The notes: a model not told the origin generated them from the sequence alone. Shown: positions 48,209-58,919, counted from the stretch's first letter. The stretch: 64,000 nucleotides of DNA from an uncultured Lentimicrobium sp. (GCA_964547915.1 CAZJPP010000014.1:1426-65425), one strand, 5' to 3'. Numbers and translations: made by a program.

Positions 48209-49635
48209 TGAATAAGTTTAACTGATTCTTCAATCATTGAAATAAATTCATACGGCGGAGCATATGCAAGCCATATTGCAAGTATTAGCAAAACGTACTG
48301 ACTCAGAGATTCCCATGGACTTATTTTAGGAATCCGCGATTCATCTATTTTAACCGGAGGAGTAAACAACACTTTAAAAACATTGGTACCAAACCCCCAG
48401 ATAATTATTGTTAATAAAATCAGCACGGCCAGCAGAATCACGAAGTGATGTCCTTCGAACAGAGCCTGAAAAATCATAAGTTCGCTAATAAACAATCCTG
48501 ATGGAGGCATTGCGGTAGCCGAAATAAAACCGAGTAACAGCACAATAGCTCCCGCTTTATAATACTTAAAGTAGTTGCCCATATCGTAAACGCTCTTGCT
48601 CTCATAAACTCTGTATACCATACTAAACTGGAAAAACAAGCCCGGTTTAACAAAAGTATGTAGCACTATATGGAGGATGGCGGCATAAACACCAACACCT
48701 CCGGCTGCCAAACCAAGCATCACCAGTCCCATATGCTCAATACCTGAATACGCAAGAATACGCTTGAAATTCTTAACACGTGTCATATAAACCGCTGCAA
48801 CAAATATTGTAAGGATAGCAGCAATAAGAATTACAGCATTTGCCCAGCCTTTCAGTTCACTATGAGCCATAATAGCATACACCCTGTAAACTCCAACAAA
48901 TCCAACGTTCATTAAAACGCTTGCCAGCAAAGCGGCAGCCGGAGCAGGTGCTTTATCCTTTGCATCAATACCTGCGGTATACATTGGTACTAATCCCAGT
49001 TTCACGGTAAATCCGGTGAAAATGAAAAGAAACGCAAGCTTAAGCCAGAATGGATTTAACTGAGCACTGTGTTCATACAGCGATTTGAAAGTCATTGAAT
49101 CTATACCTGCCTGCTTCAGCGACAGGCTCAGGAAAAGGATGCCTACATAAATAAAAGTAATGCTGATTGCACAAAGGAACACATATTTCCACACTCCCTC
49201 GAGCGCTCTCATATTCCTGTGATGATATATCAGCACTGATGCACTCAGAGTCGTTATTTCAACAAAAATCCAGTTAACGGCAATGTGATTCGATATGTAT
49301 GCCATTGAACATGCCGTGATCAGTAAAATCATTGCTCCGAAGAACAGACCCCTTGAACCCGGTGTTTCTTCCTTTCTGTTTACGATATACCTGTACCCGT
49401 GCCATAATGCAGGAACTGTAACAATGGCCAGTGATGCAATCATTAATAAACCCAGTGAATCAGGCTGAAAATAATGCAATTCAGTCACACCTTTGTTAAA
49501 GAATGAGTATACACCATAACCCACCAGAAGCAAAGCATATAGAATAACCAGCGTGTAGTTGATCCGGGTATTTCTATTATAAATGAGCAATCCGCAGATA
49601 AGCAAAGAAGCTGCCAGAAAAATCCCTGTTCCCAT
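48205..49635 (-). CDS. hyfF: Ehr complex antiporter-like membrane subunit (HyfF-like)
   Basis: WIFVEITTL, ALEGVWKY, GFTVKLGL, KRILAYSGIEHMG, MPPSGLFISE; about 14 TM helices. Confidence 0.8.
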   Translation of the reverse strand: MGTGIFLAASLLICGLLIYNRNTRINYTLVILYALLLVGYGVYSFFNKGVTELHYFQPDSLGLLMIASLAIVTVPALWHGYRYIVNRKEETPGSRGLFFGAMILLITACSMAYISNHIAVNWIFVEITTLSASVLIYHHRNMRALEGVWKYVFLCAISITFIYVGILFLSLSLKQAGIDSMTFKSLYEHSAQLNPFWLKLAFLFIFTGFTVKLGLVPMYTAGIDAKDKAPAPAAALLASVLMNVGFVGVYRVYAIMAHSELKGWANAVILIAAILTIFVAAVYMTRVKNFKRILAYSGIEHMGLVMLGLAAGGVGVYAAILHIVLHTFVKPGLFFQFSMVYRVYESKSVYDMGNYFKYYKAGAIVLLLGFISATAMPPSGLFISELMIFQALFEGHHFVILLAVLILLTIIIWGFGTNVFKVLFTPPVKIDESRIPKISPWESLSQYVLLILAIWLAYAPPYEFISMIEESVKLIH

Positions 49636-49638
49636 CTC

Positions 49639-50268
49639 TTAATCCTTTAAATTTCTTAAAAGTTCAACATCAGGATCTTTAATGACATCACCAATTTTAT
49701 TAAAGAACACTCCCAAAATCAGCACACTGGCAAATATGTCGAGCATTATACCCAGATTCACCATCATGGGCATCTCATTTCCAACAGCGAGCGACAATAT
49801 AAAAACTCCATTCTCAATGATTAGATACCCGATAACATGAGTAATAATCTTCTTTCTCGAAACAATAAGATATAGCCCTGTAAACAATGTAGAAAGGGCC
49901 ACCACGAAAAAGGTTTTATCAAGATTAGGATCATCAATAGATCCCGAGATAATTATGGTAAGCACAATTATAAGTGTTACTATAATAAGCGACACAAAAT
50001 AAGGCACATAAGGTTCTGTTTCACGTGTAATCTTATTCCTCTTGATAATGTAGTTCATGAAATAAGGCACTGCAATAGCTTTAAATACAATAGTTTCGAG
50101 CATAATAAACAGCAGGTTCACCGTATTTACGTCTTTAAGAGTAAGATACGTCGTACCAAACAGAATCAATCCCTGTATTACAAGGATTCTCAGGTATGTA
50201 TATAACCTGTTGGCAATGCTCAGATAAAGCAGTGTCATGGCCAGGGCTATAAGTAGTATATCTGTCAT
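49639..50268 (-). CDS. hyfE: Ehr complex membrane subunit (HyfE-like)
   Basis: IVFKAIAVPYF, IITHVIGYLIIENGV, LGIMLDIF. Confidence 0.78.
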   Translation of the reverse strand: MTDILLIALAMTLLYLSIANRLYTYLRILVIQGLILFGTTYLTLKDVNTVNLLFIMLETIVFKAIAVPYFMNYIIKRNKITRETEPYVPYFVSLIIVTLIIVLTIIISGSIDDPNLDKTFFVVALSTLFTGLYLIVSRKKIITHVIGYLIIENGVFILSLAVGNEMPMMVNLGIMLDIFASVLILGVFFNKIGDVIKDPDVELLRNLKD

Positions 50269-50277
50269 GTTAGTGAT

Positions 50278-51183
50278 TTAAATGAATTTGCCCAATATTA
50301 AAAGCACTCCAAAAAACAGCAGTAATGAGAGTGACGTAAGTGTAAATATGAATTCAGGATTATGGCTCATCCTGAATCTTGCCGTAAACGATTCAATAAC
50401 ACCTACAACCGCGGCAAGTAAGACCTGTATACCAAGGAACGCGGGAATGCTAACGATAAGCGGTGATGCAGCAATATAAAAGTTAGCGATCAGGGCACCA
50501 TACATAGCAAACTTCAGGTTCGAAGTATACATAATCAAGCCAAGGTCAAAACCGCTATGGTCAAGTATCATAACTTCATGAACCATAGTAAGCTCAAGAT
50601 GTGTTTTAGGATCATCAACAGGCATTCGGCTATTTTCAATCATAGCAATCATAATCAGCAGATATGTTGCAAGGATACCTAGCATATAAGAGATATGAGA
50701 ACCAAAGTGCAGGCTGCTGAAAATTGAAGCAAAAGAAGTATTGCCGGTATATAAAGCGAATGAGCCCATTATAATAAAGAAAGCAGGCTCCACAAGCATT
50801 GCAAAAAGCGCTTCTCTTGCCGATCCCATTCCCTCAAAGCTGCTGCCGGTATCCAGGGCCGCAATAATCATCATAAAGCGTCCTAATGCCAACAGGTAGG
50901 CAAACATCACGAAATCGCCGTTAAACGAGATAAATCCCGGTTTGCTGCCATGAGGAATCATAAGTATGGCCATTACAACCGAAGAGAAATATATTACCGG
51001 TGCAATACGGAAAATCAAGCTGCTTGTGGAACTGTAAACCGATCCCTTTTTCCAGAGCCTGATAATATCTTTCATAGACTGCATTATCCCGGGGCCCTTT
51101 CTTCCCGAAGCAATACTCTTTGTCCGGTTCACTATCCCGGTAAAGTAAAAGCTGGCAAGTAAGATTAACACGAAACTCAACAT
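50278..51183 (-). CDS. hyfC: Ehr complex membrane subunit (HyfC/HycD/NuoH-like)
   Basis: GRKGPGIMQ..KDIIRLWKK, ALDTGSSFEGMGSARE, ENSRMPVDDPKTHLELTMVHE, IESFTARFR. Confidence 0.85.
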   Translation of the reverse strand: MLSFVLILLASFYFTGIVNRTKSIASGRKGPGIMQSMKDIIRLWKKGSVYSSTSSLIFRIAPVIYFSSVVMAILMIPHGSKPGFISFNGDFVMFAYLLALGRFMMIIAALDTGSSFEGMGSAREALFAMLVEPAFFIIMGSFALYTGNTSFASIFSSLHFGSHISYMLGILATYLLIMIAMIENSRMPVDDPKTHLELTMVHEVMILDHSGFDLGLIMYTSNLKFAMYGALIANFYIAASPLIVSIPAFLGIQVLLAAVVGVIESFTARFRMSHNPEFIFTLTSLSLLLFFGVLLILGKFI

Positions 51184-51184
51184 A

Positions 51185-53221
51185 CTACCACTGATTTATA
51201 AATTGTATCAACTCAATTACCTTGTCATAGAGCACAGGAACAATCACAGTTAAACCAATGAAGATGAAACCGTATAAAATATATGCCTGAATATTACCAT
51301 TCTGAAGAAATACAAACCTGTTTAGAAACTTCCGCATAAGGCGCAGAGGTTTATCAATCAACCATTTCTCAACCTTATCATATGGATGTGTCTCCTGATA
51401 TACCTTTTCGGGATACAACAATCCGGGTTCATGCTTATGACGTTTCACTAAAAGAACCGGCTCAGCAAGTTTACGGTAAGTTCTTATAAAAGATGAGGCT
51501 GTATATTGCATCTTACCTGCATCACCGGTATAACCGCAACCCCATGTTGATTCTTCCGTAATACTCCGGTTAGCTGTTAATAAGCGCCTTATAGCAAAGA
51601 CCACCAGTGTAAGCAAAACAAAAATGAGTGAATACCAACCAACAGAAGTTAAAATACCTGTAATCCCTTCAACTGATTGATACACATGCAAACTACTGCC
51701 CGAACCGCTGTATAAACCAACTACATTAGATAATACTGAAGTAAACAGGGTTGGAAACAATCCAATAAGCAAGATCAATCCTGCTATAATGTACAGAGGT
51801 CCCATTCTCCCGGCGTCTTCTTTAAGTTGAATATCCTCGATCCGGCTTCTGGGGGTGCCAAGAAAAACAACACCAAAAGCCTTGGTAAAACATATTAATG
51901 CAAGTCCGCCAATCAGCACCAATCCCAATATTGAAAAAAGAATGAATAAAATGAAGAGGAAATGATTTGATAAAAGACCATGAAACAGGCCACTGTATAT
52001 GAAAAACTCCGAAACAAATCCGTTAAAGGGTGGCAATCCACAAATAGCCAGTGAGGCTATAAGAAAGAGAAAAGCGGTCTTGGGCATCCTCTTAATAAGT
52101 CCACCCAGTTTCTCCACATCCATTGTGTGAGTAGCTTGGTAAACATTCCCGGCAGTATAAAACAACAATGATTTGAATAATGAATGATTTAGTGTATGCA
52201 ACATGGCCCCACCAAAGCCACCTGCTATTAACAGCGGATTATTATAGGCTACCCCGATACATCCAACACCGATACCAATTCCAATTATTCCAATATTCTC
52301 AATGCTATGATAAGCCAGCAGCTTCTTAAGGTTATGCTGTACAATTGCCAGCATAACGCCATATACTCCGGTAATAACTGAAATTGAAAGAATAATATAT
52401 CCAATTATCAGCATATCACTCTTAATTAGCAGCAGCGTTCTCAGTATACCATATATTCCAATCTTAATGATAACGCCCGACATAACACCTGATATATGGG
52501 CAGGCGCTGCAGGGTGTGCCAGAGGTAGCCATGTATGGAAAGGAACAAAACCTGCTTTAATGGCAAAACCCACAAAAAACAAAAGGAAAAGAGTAATTCC
52601 CGTAACCGCAGGCTCTGAATAAGTATAAGCTGCGATTGCCGACATATCGAATGTTCCCGTTCTCACGCGTGCAACAATAAATGCTATTGTGAGGAAAAGA
52701 ATCGATATATGCGATTGTATCAGAAAATTAATACCGGCTTTAAGCGTATCCCTTTTCTGATGTTCATAGATTATGAGAATAAACGAGCTTAGTGCCATAA
52801 TCTCCCATAAAACCAGAAAAACAATTCCATTTCCGGTAATACATATGTCGACCAGTGACGTAAAGGCTAATAAAAATGCAATTGAATGAAGTGCAAGCCC
52901 TGCTTTATCTTCAATGTAGCTCTTCATATACTTCATGCCATACCATGCGCCGGTAACAAAACCAAAGCTTATAATAAGAATAAACCAGGCAGAAAGGAAG
53001 TCAACCTTAACAGGTATTGTACCTGTGGTGAAAGAACCGGCATATGAAAAATTCACGGCCCCGTTAATAAATACCGAAACGGCAATAAACGAAGCAATAA
53101 TAGCCTGAACAGCAACAGCCACAAAGGTTATCTTGGCTCTGTTTCGGGTACTTAACACCGGGAAAGTCAGGAATGCAATAAATGGCAGAATATTGAATAA
53201 CTCAATCAACAGTTTATTCAT
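51185..53221 (-). CDS. hyfB: Ehr complex antiporter-like membrane subunit (HyfB/NuoL-like)
   Basis: LWEIMALSSF, FAIKAGFVPFHTWLPLAHPAAP, KKLLAYHSIENIG, NHSLFKSLLF, GLPPFNGFVSE, TWGCGY, YTASSF. Confidence 0.85.
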   Translation of the reverse strand: MNKLLIELFNILPFIAFLTFPVLSTRNRAKITFVAVAVQAIIASFIAVSVFINGAVNFSYAGSFTTGTIPVKVDFLSAWFILIISFGFVTGAWYGMKYMKSYIEDKAGLALHSIAFLLAFTSLVDICITGNGIVFLVLWEIMALSSFILIIYEHQKRDTLKAGINFLIQSHISILFLTIAFIVARVRTGTFDMSAIAAYTYSEPAVTGITLFLLFFVGFAIKAGFVPFHTWLPLAHPAAPAHISGVMSGVIIKIGIYGILRTLLLIKSDMLIIGYIILSISVITGVYGVMLAIVQHNLKKLLAYHSIENIGIIGIGIGVGCIGVAYNNPLLIAGGFGGAMLHTLNHSLFKSLLFYTAGNVYQATHTMDVEKLGGLIKRMPKTAFLFLIASLAICGLPPFNGFVSEFFIYSGLFHGLLSNHFLFILFILFSILGLVLIGGLALICFTKAFGVVFLGTPRSRIEDIQLKEDAGRMGPLYIIAGLILLIGLFPTLFTSVLSNVVGLYSGSGSSLHVYQSVEGITGILTSVGWYSLIFVLLTLVVFAIRRLLTANRSITEESTWGCGYTGDAGKMQYTASSFIRTYRKLAEPVLLVKRHKHEPGLLYPEKVYQETHPYDKVEKWLIDKPLRLMRKFLNRFVFLQNGNIQAYILYGFIFIGLTVIVPVLYDKVIELIQFINQW

Positions 53222-53258
53222 GATTCATTGATTAATAGTAATGAAATGAAGGCGTTAA

Positions 53259-54989
53259 TCAGGCCTCGTGCTCAATCCAGCTTTTAATAACTTCAATTTT
53301 AAGCGCCGGTATGTCAAGTTTCATTTTCTTACGCAGCCCACCCAAATCATTTAATAACTTGTTCGGGTTAGCTTCTTTAAGCTGAGCAATAGTCTTAATA
53401 CCATACTTTCTTAACACTTCAACCCATTCTTCAGGCACGCCTAATTGCACGAAAGCTTCGTCACTGTCGCCGGTAGGAGCTTTTTTCTCGGGTCGCATTT
53501 GTGGAAACAGCAATACATCCTGAATAGAAGGCTGATTCGTCATGAACATTGTCAGTCTGTCAATTCCTATACCTAAACCTGAGCAGGTAGGCATACCATA
53601 TTCCAGAGCCCTCACAAAATCAAGGTCAATGAACATTGCTTCGTCATCTCCTTTTTGTGAAAGCTTTAATTGATCCTGGAAACGATTCATCTGATCAATA
53701 GGATCATTAAGTTCAGAATACGCATTACACAATTCCTTGCCATTCACAAAGAGCTCAAACCTTTCGGTTAGTTCAGGATTGGTGCGGTGCCTCTTACATA
53801 ATGGCGACATTTCAATGGGATAATCCATAATGAAAGTAGGCTGTATAAGATGATGCTCACACATTTCTCCAAAGATGGCATCAATAAGTTTTCCAACACC
53901 CATTGACGGGTCGGTTTGTATATTCAGATCCTTACAGATTTTAACCAGATCTTGTTCAGTCTTCCCGGTAATATCAACACCGGCATACTCCTTAATGGCA
54001 TCTGTCATGGTTAATCGTCTGAAAGGCTTTTTAAAGTCAATCTCCTTATCTTCGAGCTTTAACTTTGTTTGCTTATGTAAACCCACAGCAACCCTTTCGA
54101 GCATTTCCTCAACATACTCCATCATCCAGAAGTAGTCCTTATATGCCACATAAATCTCAAGAACAGTAAATTCGGGATTGTGTGTACGATCCATTCCCTC
54201 ATTTCTGAAATCTTTGGCGAATTCATAAACACCATCAAAACCACCAACAATCAGCTTTTTCAGATAAAGCTCATTGGCAATTCGCAGGTACAGAGGAATG
54301 TCGAGTGCATTATGATGAGTGACGAATGGTCTGGCTGCAGCACCACCGGGTATTGGTTGCAGAATTGGAGTTTCAACTTCAAGATAATTGCTCTCGTTGA
54401 AGAAATCCCTCATAATAGAAATAATCTTGTTGCGCTTCACAAATACATCGCGCACTTCAGGATTCACAATCAAATCAACATAGCGCATCCTGTAGCGGGC
54501 TTCCGGATCACTGAATGCATCAAAAACCTGGTCATCCTTCTCTTTTACAACCGGAAGTGGTCGTAAGGACTTACTGAGCAGGGTAAGCGACTTAACATGT
54601 ATTGAAATTTCACCCATCTGGGTAATAAATACAAAGCCAGTAACACCTATGATGTCACCAATATCAAGTAACCGTTTAAATACAGTATTATAAAGGGTTT
54701 TATCTTCACCGGGGCAAATATCATCCCGCTTAATATAAAGCTGAATACGACCAAAACTATCCTGCAGATCCACAAAAGATGCAGCACCCATAATACGACG
54801 GGTCATTATTCTGCCTGCAATGCTTATATCCTGATATTGTGAATTATCCTTATTAAAATTAGCTTGAATTTCAGCTGTATTAATATTCACATTGTATGCT
54901 TTCGCAGGATACGGATCTATTCCCAGTTGCCTGAGTTCATTTAACGAATTACGACGAATTGCTTCTTGTTCACTGATCTCCTGATACAT
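53259..54989 (-). CDS. lysS: Lysyl-tRNA synthetase (class II) with a C-terminal DUF4332-like extension
   Basis: [66 protein letters not shown]. Confidence 0.98.
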   Translation of the reverse strand: MYQEISEQEAIRRNSLNELRQLGIDPYPAKAYNVNINTAEIQANFNKDNSQYQDISIAGRIMTRRIMGAASFVDLQDSFGRIQLYIKRDDICPGEDKTLYNTVFKRLLDIGDIIGVTGFVFITQMGEISIHVKSLTLLSKSLRPLPVVKEKDDQVFDAFSDPEARYRMRYVDLIVNPEVRDVFVKRNKIISIMRDFFNESNYLEVETPILQPIPGGAAARPFVTHHNALDIPLYLRIANELYLKKLIVGGFDGVYEFAKDFRNEGMDRTHNPEFTVLEIYVAYKDYFWMMEYVEEMLERVAVGLHKQTKLKLEDKEIDFKKPFRRLTMTDAIKEYAGVDITGKTEQDLVKICKDLNIQTDPSMGVGKLIDAIFGEMCEHHLIQPTFIMDYPIEMSPLCKRHRTNPELTERFELFVNGKELCNAYSELNDPIDQMNRFQDQLKLSQKGDDEAMFIDLDFVRALEYGMPTCSGLGIGIDRLTMFMTNQPSIQDVLLFPQMRPEKKAPTGDSDEAFVQLGVPEEWVEVLRKYGIKTIAQLKEANPNKLLNDLGGLRKKMKLDIPALKIEVIKSWIEHEA

Positions 54990-55005
54990 CACTAAAAAAT
55001 TTCGG

Positions 55006-55013
55006 CAAAGATA
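55006..55013 (-). promoter_or_regulatory. -7 element (TATCTTTG on the minus strand) for lysS
   Basis: CAAAGATA on the + strand, 16 nt upstream of the lysS ATG. Confidence 0.6.
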
Positions 55014-55019
55014 GTGGTT

Positions 55020-55745
55020 TTATCCTAAAATCTCATGCAGGACTTTTATCGACTTAAGGCGGCTCATTTCGGGGATATGAATCGACAAGAAGTCAGCCAA
55101 TCTGTTTAAGAGGTCCAGTCTTACATTACGTGATGCAATACAGGTATGCAGATCAGCATAGTCAATCAGCGACAAATTCCTCAGCAATAAAAGACTTGTG
55201 CCTGAAACAGAATAAGAATGGCCGGGATCCCTTACAACCGACTGACCGGTTAACATATCAAAATGTTCTTCATTACCGGCGAGGGAAAGCACAGGTCCAA
55301 ATCCGAGAATTTCCGATAACCGGATAAGGAACAGCAATGGGAAACCATTTACCTCTACCTCTGAACTATTAAGTGAGTCGAGAGAATGTTCAATAAAATC
55401 AAACAGTGTACTGTTTGCCTCCTCCTCTTTAACCGACTTGTACAGAACCTCGTTCATAAAAAGCAAAATACTGCTTCTCAGCATACTGTCGGTAATATTA
55501 TAAAAGGTTTTAGGAATTACAGCGTCTCTAATATAATTAAGACTACGTCCCGGCTTACGGTCAACAACCAGTGTTAGTAATGAAAGATGTCCGAACAAAG
55601 CAGGTTTTATCCTGGCGTTTCTGCTATATAATGATTTAATGACGTATGATTCCATACCCCATTCCTCGGTAAACACTTTAACTATTGCTGAGCTTTCCGA
55701 ATAACGGGCAACATGGAAGACAAAACCTCTTGAATTCTGAAGCAT
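55020..55745 (-). CDS. recO: DNA repair protein RecO
   Basis: YSESSAIVKVFTEEWG, LFMNEVLYK, EEEAN..LFDFI, LKSIKVLHEILG. Confidence 0.92.
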   Translation of the reverse strand: MLQNSRGFVFHVARYSESSAIVKVFTEEWGMESYVIKSLYSRNARIKPALFGHLSLLTLVVDRKPGRSLNYIRDAVIPKTFYNITDSMLRSSILLFMNEVLYKSVKEEEANSTLFDFIEHSLDSLNSSEVEVNGFPLLFLIRLSEILGFGPVLSLAGNEEHFDMLTGQSVVRDPGHSYSVSGTSLLLLRNLSLIDYADLHTCIASRNVRLDLLNRLADFLSIHIPEMSRLKSIKVLHEILG

Positions 55746-55751
55746 TAAGCA

Positions 55752-58082
55752 TCAATTAATCATCATTATTTTGGCCACTTCTGTTTTTGAACCATCCTTG
55801 TTACTGATAAATACCAGATATACTCCTGTTTTCGCTCTTTTTCCGTCGAAGTTATATCCACTCCAGAGGGCCTGGCCTCCAATAGCGTCAGTAGAGTAAA
55901 CCAAATTTCCGGCGATATCGGTAATTTTAATGTTAGACCCTTCAACAAGTCCTTTAATAGCAATATTTCCGGTAAAATTCTTATAAACCGGATTTGGGAA
56001 TACAATAACATCAGTTAGTTCTTCTTTCGGAGGAACAGCTTCCGATCTGTAAGAAACAGTTCCACGCGGAGTTGAAATAAAAAGTTCACCTGCATCAGTA
56101 ATTGTAAGGTCTGTAATAGTGTTCGACAACAATGGGCTGTTATCCTCTGTAAAATGGAGAATTTGCTCTGTTCCGTCGGCCGACATCAGGAAAAGACCGG
56201 CTCTTTCAGTGCCAAACCACTTTCTGTTGGAACCGTCAACCGCAATTGCTGTAACAGTTTCTGTTTCCAGGAGATATTGGCCATAACCGTCCTGTTCTAT
56301 CAGAATCTTCTGAGCATCAAAATTCTGACCATTGAAAACATTATAAGGAGAATAGAACACCACTACACCTTCGTCAGTTCCCAGCCAAACGAGCCCTTCG
56401 CGGTCAACAGCAATACTCCTTACAAATGAACCGGGTATAGCACCTAATCCGGCTGCCCCCGACAATCTTTTTGTTTTATCGTCGGAATTATCATCAGGTG
56501 TCCCATTATCATTATAAACGAATAAATTGAGTCTTCTGCCAAGAATCCATTTCTGATTCAGTTTATCAATTACAATTCTGTCGCCTTCAATACCGGAACC
56601 TGATGCACCAAGCGAAAACGACTGCCACTCGCCCGAGGGAGTCATTCGTGAAAGCATTTCAGGAGCATAGGAGTTAACAACCCACAGGTTATTTTCAGTA
56701 TCAAATGATAATCCTGTAATGTCTATCCTATTGGGCTGTAATGCATGATCCTGCAACGAGCTGTTCTCGTCTGTGTATCTTCTCACAAAGGTACCATCGT
56801 TGTATTCAAGCAATCCATTTCCCATAGTACCTATAAATACACTCTTAGGATTAGCCGGATTAACGGCAACGGATAAGGCATCACGATATTCGACTAAGAA
56901 AGGATCCTGTTTTTCGTCAATTGTTTTCCATGATCCATCAACGAAGCCCGAGAATTTAACATTCCTGTATAGTGGTTCAAATGATGTATTGCGTCCTCCC
57001 GGCACCATCCAAACATCATTCTGTGCTGATGCAATGGCAAAAGCATCGGGGAAACCGGGCCCATTCAGACTAAACCGCTCCGAAGTCCATATTTTGGTGA
57101 CTTTTACCAATCCTTCTAAATCATCGCCTATCCATATAACATCATTATTCACCATAACAGCATCGCGTGGACTAACCTTACCCGGATTGTATGAGTAAAT
57201 ACGATAATCTCTGATACCATCAGGTTTTATAACATCGAGAGCCAGGTTAAGCGAAACCAAAAGCTTGTTGTTATGTACTTCCAGACTGGTAACATCAGAT
57301 GCGTTTTCATGATAAAAAGGCTGCCATTTCTCACCAATCTTCACATACATCCTATCATCGGCGTAATTATTCCCGTATTTGTTAACATATATTCTGTCGT
57401 TAAAAGCAGCAATGTGATTAAACTGACCTTCGGGCAGTCCCTCATTGTTGTTTGAAGACCATTCAGCAAAATTTGCAAGATTTGCGGTAATATAATTAGC
57501 TGAATACACCCCTGCATCAGTAGCTGCATAAACAAGCGAATCGACAGAATTAAACGTTAAGTCTCTTACATTTATGGCAGAACCTTCGGGACCTATGTAA
57601 TAAATAGGCTCAGGAAACTCCTCTTTCTCAATGTCGAGCACAACCACACCAAAACCGCATGATAAATATGCCTTGTTACCAAGAAATTCTATGCTGTTAA
57701 TTGATTTATCACCAAGTATAGCTTTTCTTTTTATGTCGGACAAATTCACTATCTCATCACCTTTCAGTAAATCGATATTAGCATTAGAGTAAGCTATAAT
57801 CAATGTATTGTAAGTTTTGTTGTATTCAATACTGCTGATACCAACATCACTCAGACCATTGATTTTTGTTACTCTTACAAGGCTCATATCACTCTGGTCG
57901 AGGAAAAAGAGTGCATAAGGAGTAGCAGCATAAATTCTGTTACCGGCTTCAGCCACTGCAATTACCTTGCTGTAAGGAAGATGGTCACGCCAGTGGCCTA
58001 TACCCACCTCTTGCGCGGTTGATGAGAAATCAGATAAAACTATCAGAGAAAAAAGTATTGTAAAGAACCTGCGCATAGCCAT
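55752..58082 (-). CDS. porZ: T9SS surface component PorZ (start moved from 58196 to MAMRRFF at 58082)
   Basis: IGHWRDHL, KINGLSD, LIIAYSNANIDL, GTDEG, IAVDGSNRKWFGT, FTEDNSPLLSN; CTD VFPNPV...TGVYLVF; recO directly downstream. Confidence 0.88.
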   Translation of the reverse strand: MAMRRFFTILFSLIVLSDFSSTAQEVGIGHWRDHLPYSKVIAVAEAGNRIYAATPYALFFLDQSDMSLVRVTKINGLSDVGISSIEYNKTYNTLIIAYSNANIDLLKGDEIVNLSDIKRKAILGDKSINSIEFLGNKAYLSCGFGVVVLDIEKEEFPEPIYYIGPEGSAINVRDLTFNSVDSLVYAATDAGVYSANYITANLANFAEWSSNNNEGLPEGQFNHIAAFNDRIYVNKYGNNYADDRMYVKIGEKWQPFYHENASDVTSLEVHNNKLLVSLNLALDVIKPDGIRDYRIYSYNPGKVSPRDAVMVNNDVIWIGDDLEGLVKVTKIWTSERFSLNGPGFPDAFAIASAQNDVWMVPGGRNTSFEPLYRNVKFSGFVDGSWKTIDEKQDPFLVEYRDALSVAVNPANPKSVFIGTMGNGLLEYNDGTFVRRYTDENSSLQDHALQPNRIDITGLSFDTENNLWVVNSYAPEMLSRMTPSGEWQSFSLGASGSGIEGDRIVIDKLNQKWILGRRLNLFVYNDNGTPDDNSDDKTKRLSGAAGLGAIPGSFVRSIAVDREGLVWLGTDEGVVVFYSPYNVFNGQNFDAQKILIEQDGYGQYLLETETVTAIAVDGSNRKWFGTERAGLFLMSADGTEQILHFTEDNSPLLSNTITDLTITDAGELFISTPRGTVSYRSEAVPPKEELTDVIVFPNPVYKNFTGNIAIKGLVEGSNIKITDIAGNLVYSTDAIGGQALWSGYNFDGKRAKTGVYLVFISNKDGSKTEVAKIMMIN

Positions 58083-58268
58083 TGAATATTTACAAATAAA
58101 CTGCAATTTTAACAATTTATTGCAGGCAGATAACGGGATGATTAAAAAACTGAAACTTGCGGGTTGAAAAAAACTGTTTAATTTTGTAAAAAGCATTTGA
58201 TTTTATACTTTTAGCATAAATTAAGTTTAATAAGCACGAAAGCCGTAACAGCAATTAATAACTATGTG

Positions 58269-58844
58269 ATGATACACTATTCTGACAGCGCCATCATTGA
58301 AGGATTGAAGCTCAATAGTGACTACATCATAAAGCACGTCTACAAAGAATTCTTTCCCACAATAAAATTTCTGATTAAAAAGAACACCGGTAATGAAGAA
58401 GATGCTGAAGATATCTTTCAGGAGTCATTACTTGTAATTCTAAAAAACGTGCAAAAGGACGAGTTCCTTCTTTCATGCTCATTTCTCACCTATTTATATT
58501 CAATCAGCCGCAATCTTTGGATGCAGAAACTTAAATCCAAGAGGAAAACAGGAGGCGATAAGCTTGAACTGCTGGAAAAATTTATGGAAATACCGGAATC
58601 ATCAGGTATTGAAATGGCTGAAATGGAGCAATTAAGATATAAAATTTACCGTGACCACTTCCATGCCATGGAAAAGGACTGCCAAAGAATACTGCTTCTG
58701 TCACTTCAAAAGTTCAGCTCAAAAGAGATTGCCGATACCATGGGCTATGGGTCAGAAAATTACGCAAAAACCAAAAAGTACAACTGTAAAGAAAGACTGA
58801 AGAAAGCCATAATGGATGATCCCCGCATGGCAGAAACTTTTTAA
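58269..58844 (+). CDS. ECF-type sigma-70 factor
   Basis: Region 2 EEDAEDIFQES...FLTYLYSISRNLW; region 4 SSKEIADTMGYGSENYAKTKKYNCKERL. Confidence 0.9.
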   Translation: MIHYSDSAIIEGLKLNSDYIIKHVYKEFFPTIKFLIKKNTGNEEDAEDIFQESLLVILKNVQKDEFLLSCSFLTYLYSISRNLWMQKLKSKRKTGGDKLELLEKFMEIPESSGIEMAEMEQLRYKIYRDHFHAMEKDCQRILLLSLQKFSSKEIADTMGYGSENYAKTKKYNCKERLKKAIMDDPRMAETF

Positions 58845-58852
58845 TTAGATAC

Positions 58853-58885
58853 AAAAAAAGCTCCGTTTACCACGGAGCTTTTTTT
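58853..58885. terminator. Bidirectional intrinsic terminator
   Basis: A7-GCTCCGT-ttacc-ACGGAGC-T7 between the convergent sigma and rbr genes. Confidence 0.88.
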
Positions 58886-58919
58886 CAGCTTTTCTTTTTG
58901 AATGCTTACAAAGTAACTC

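Noticed and set aside
45855-53221. Annotation as a functional [NiFe] hydrogenase-4 / formate hydrogenlyase or as NADH dehydrogenase I
   Set aside because: Both Ni-binding CxxC motifs are missing, and no maturation genes, FDH or NADH-input module are present in the window.
53259-53470. C-terminal extension on LysRS as a novel fusion
   Set aside because: A DUF4332-like tail on LysS is, to my knowledge, common in Bacteroidota.
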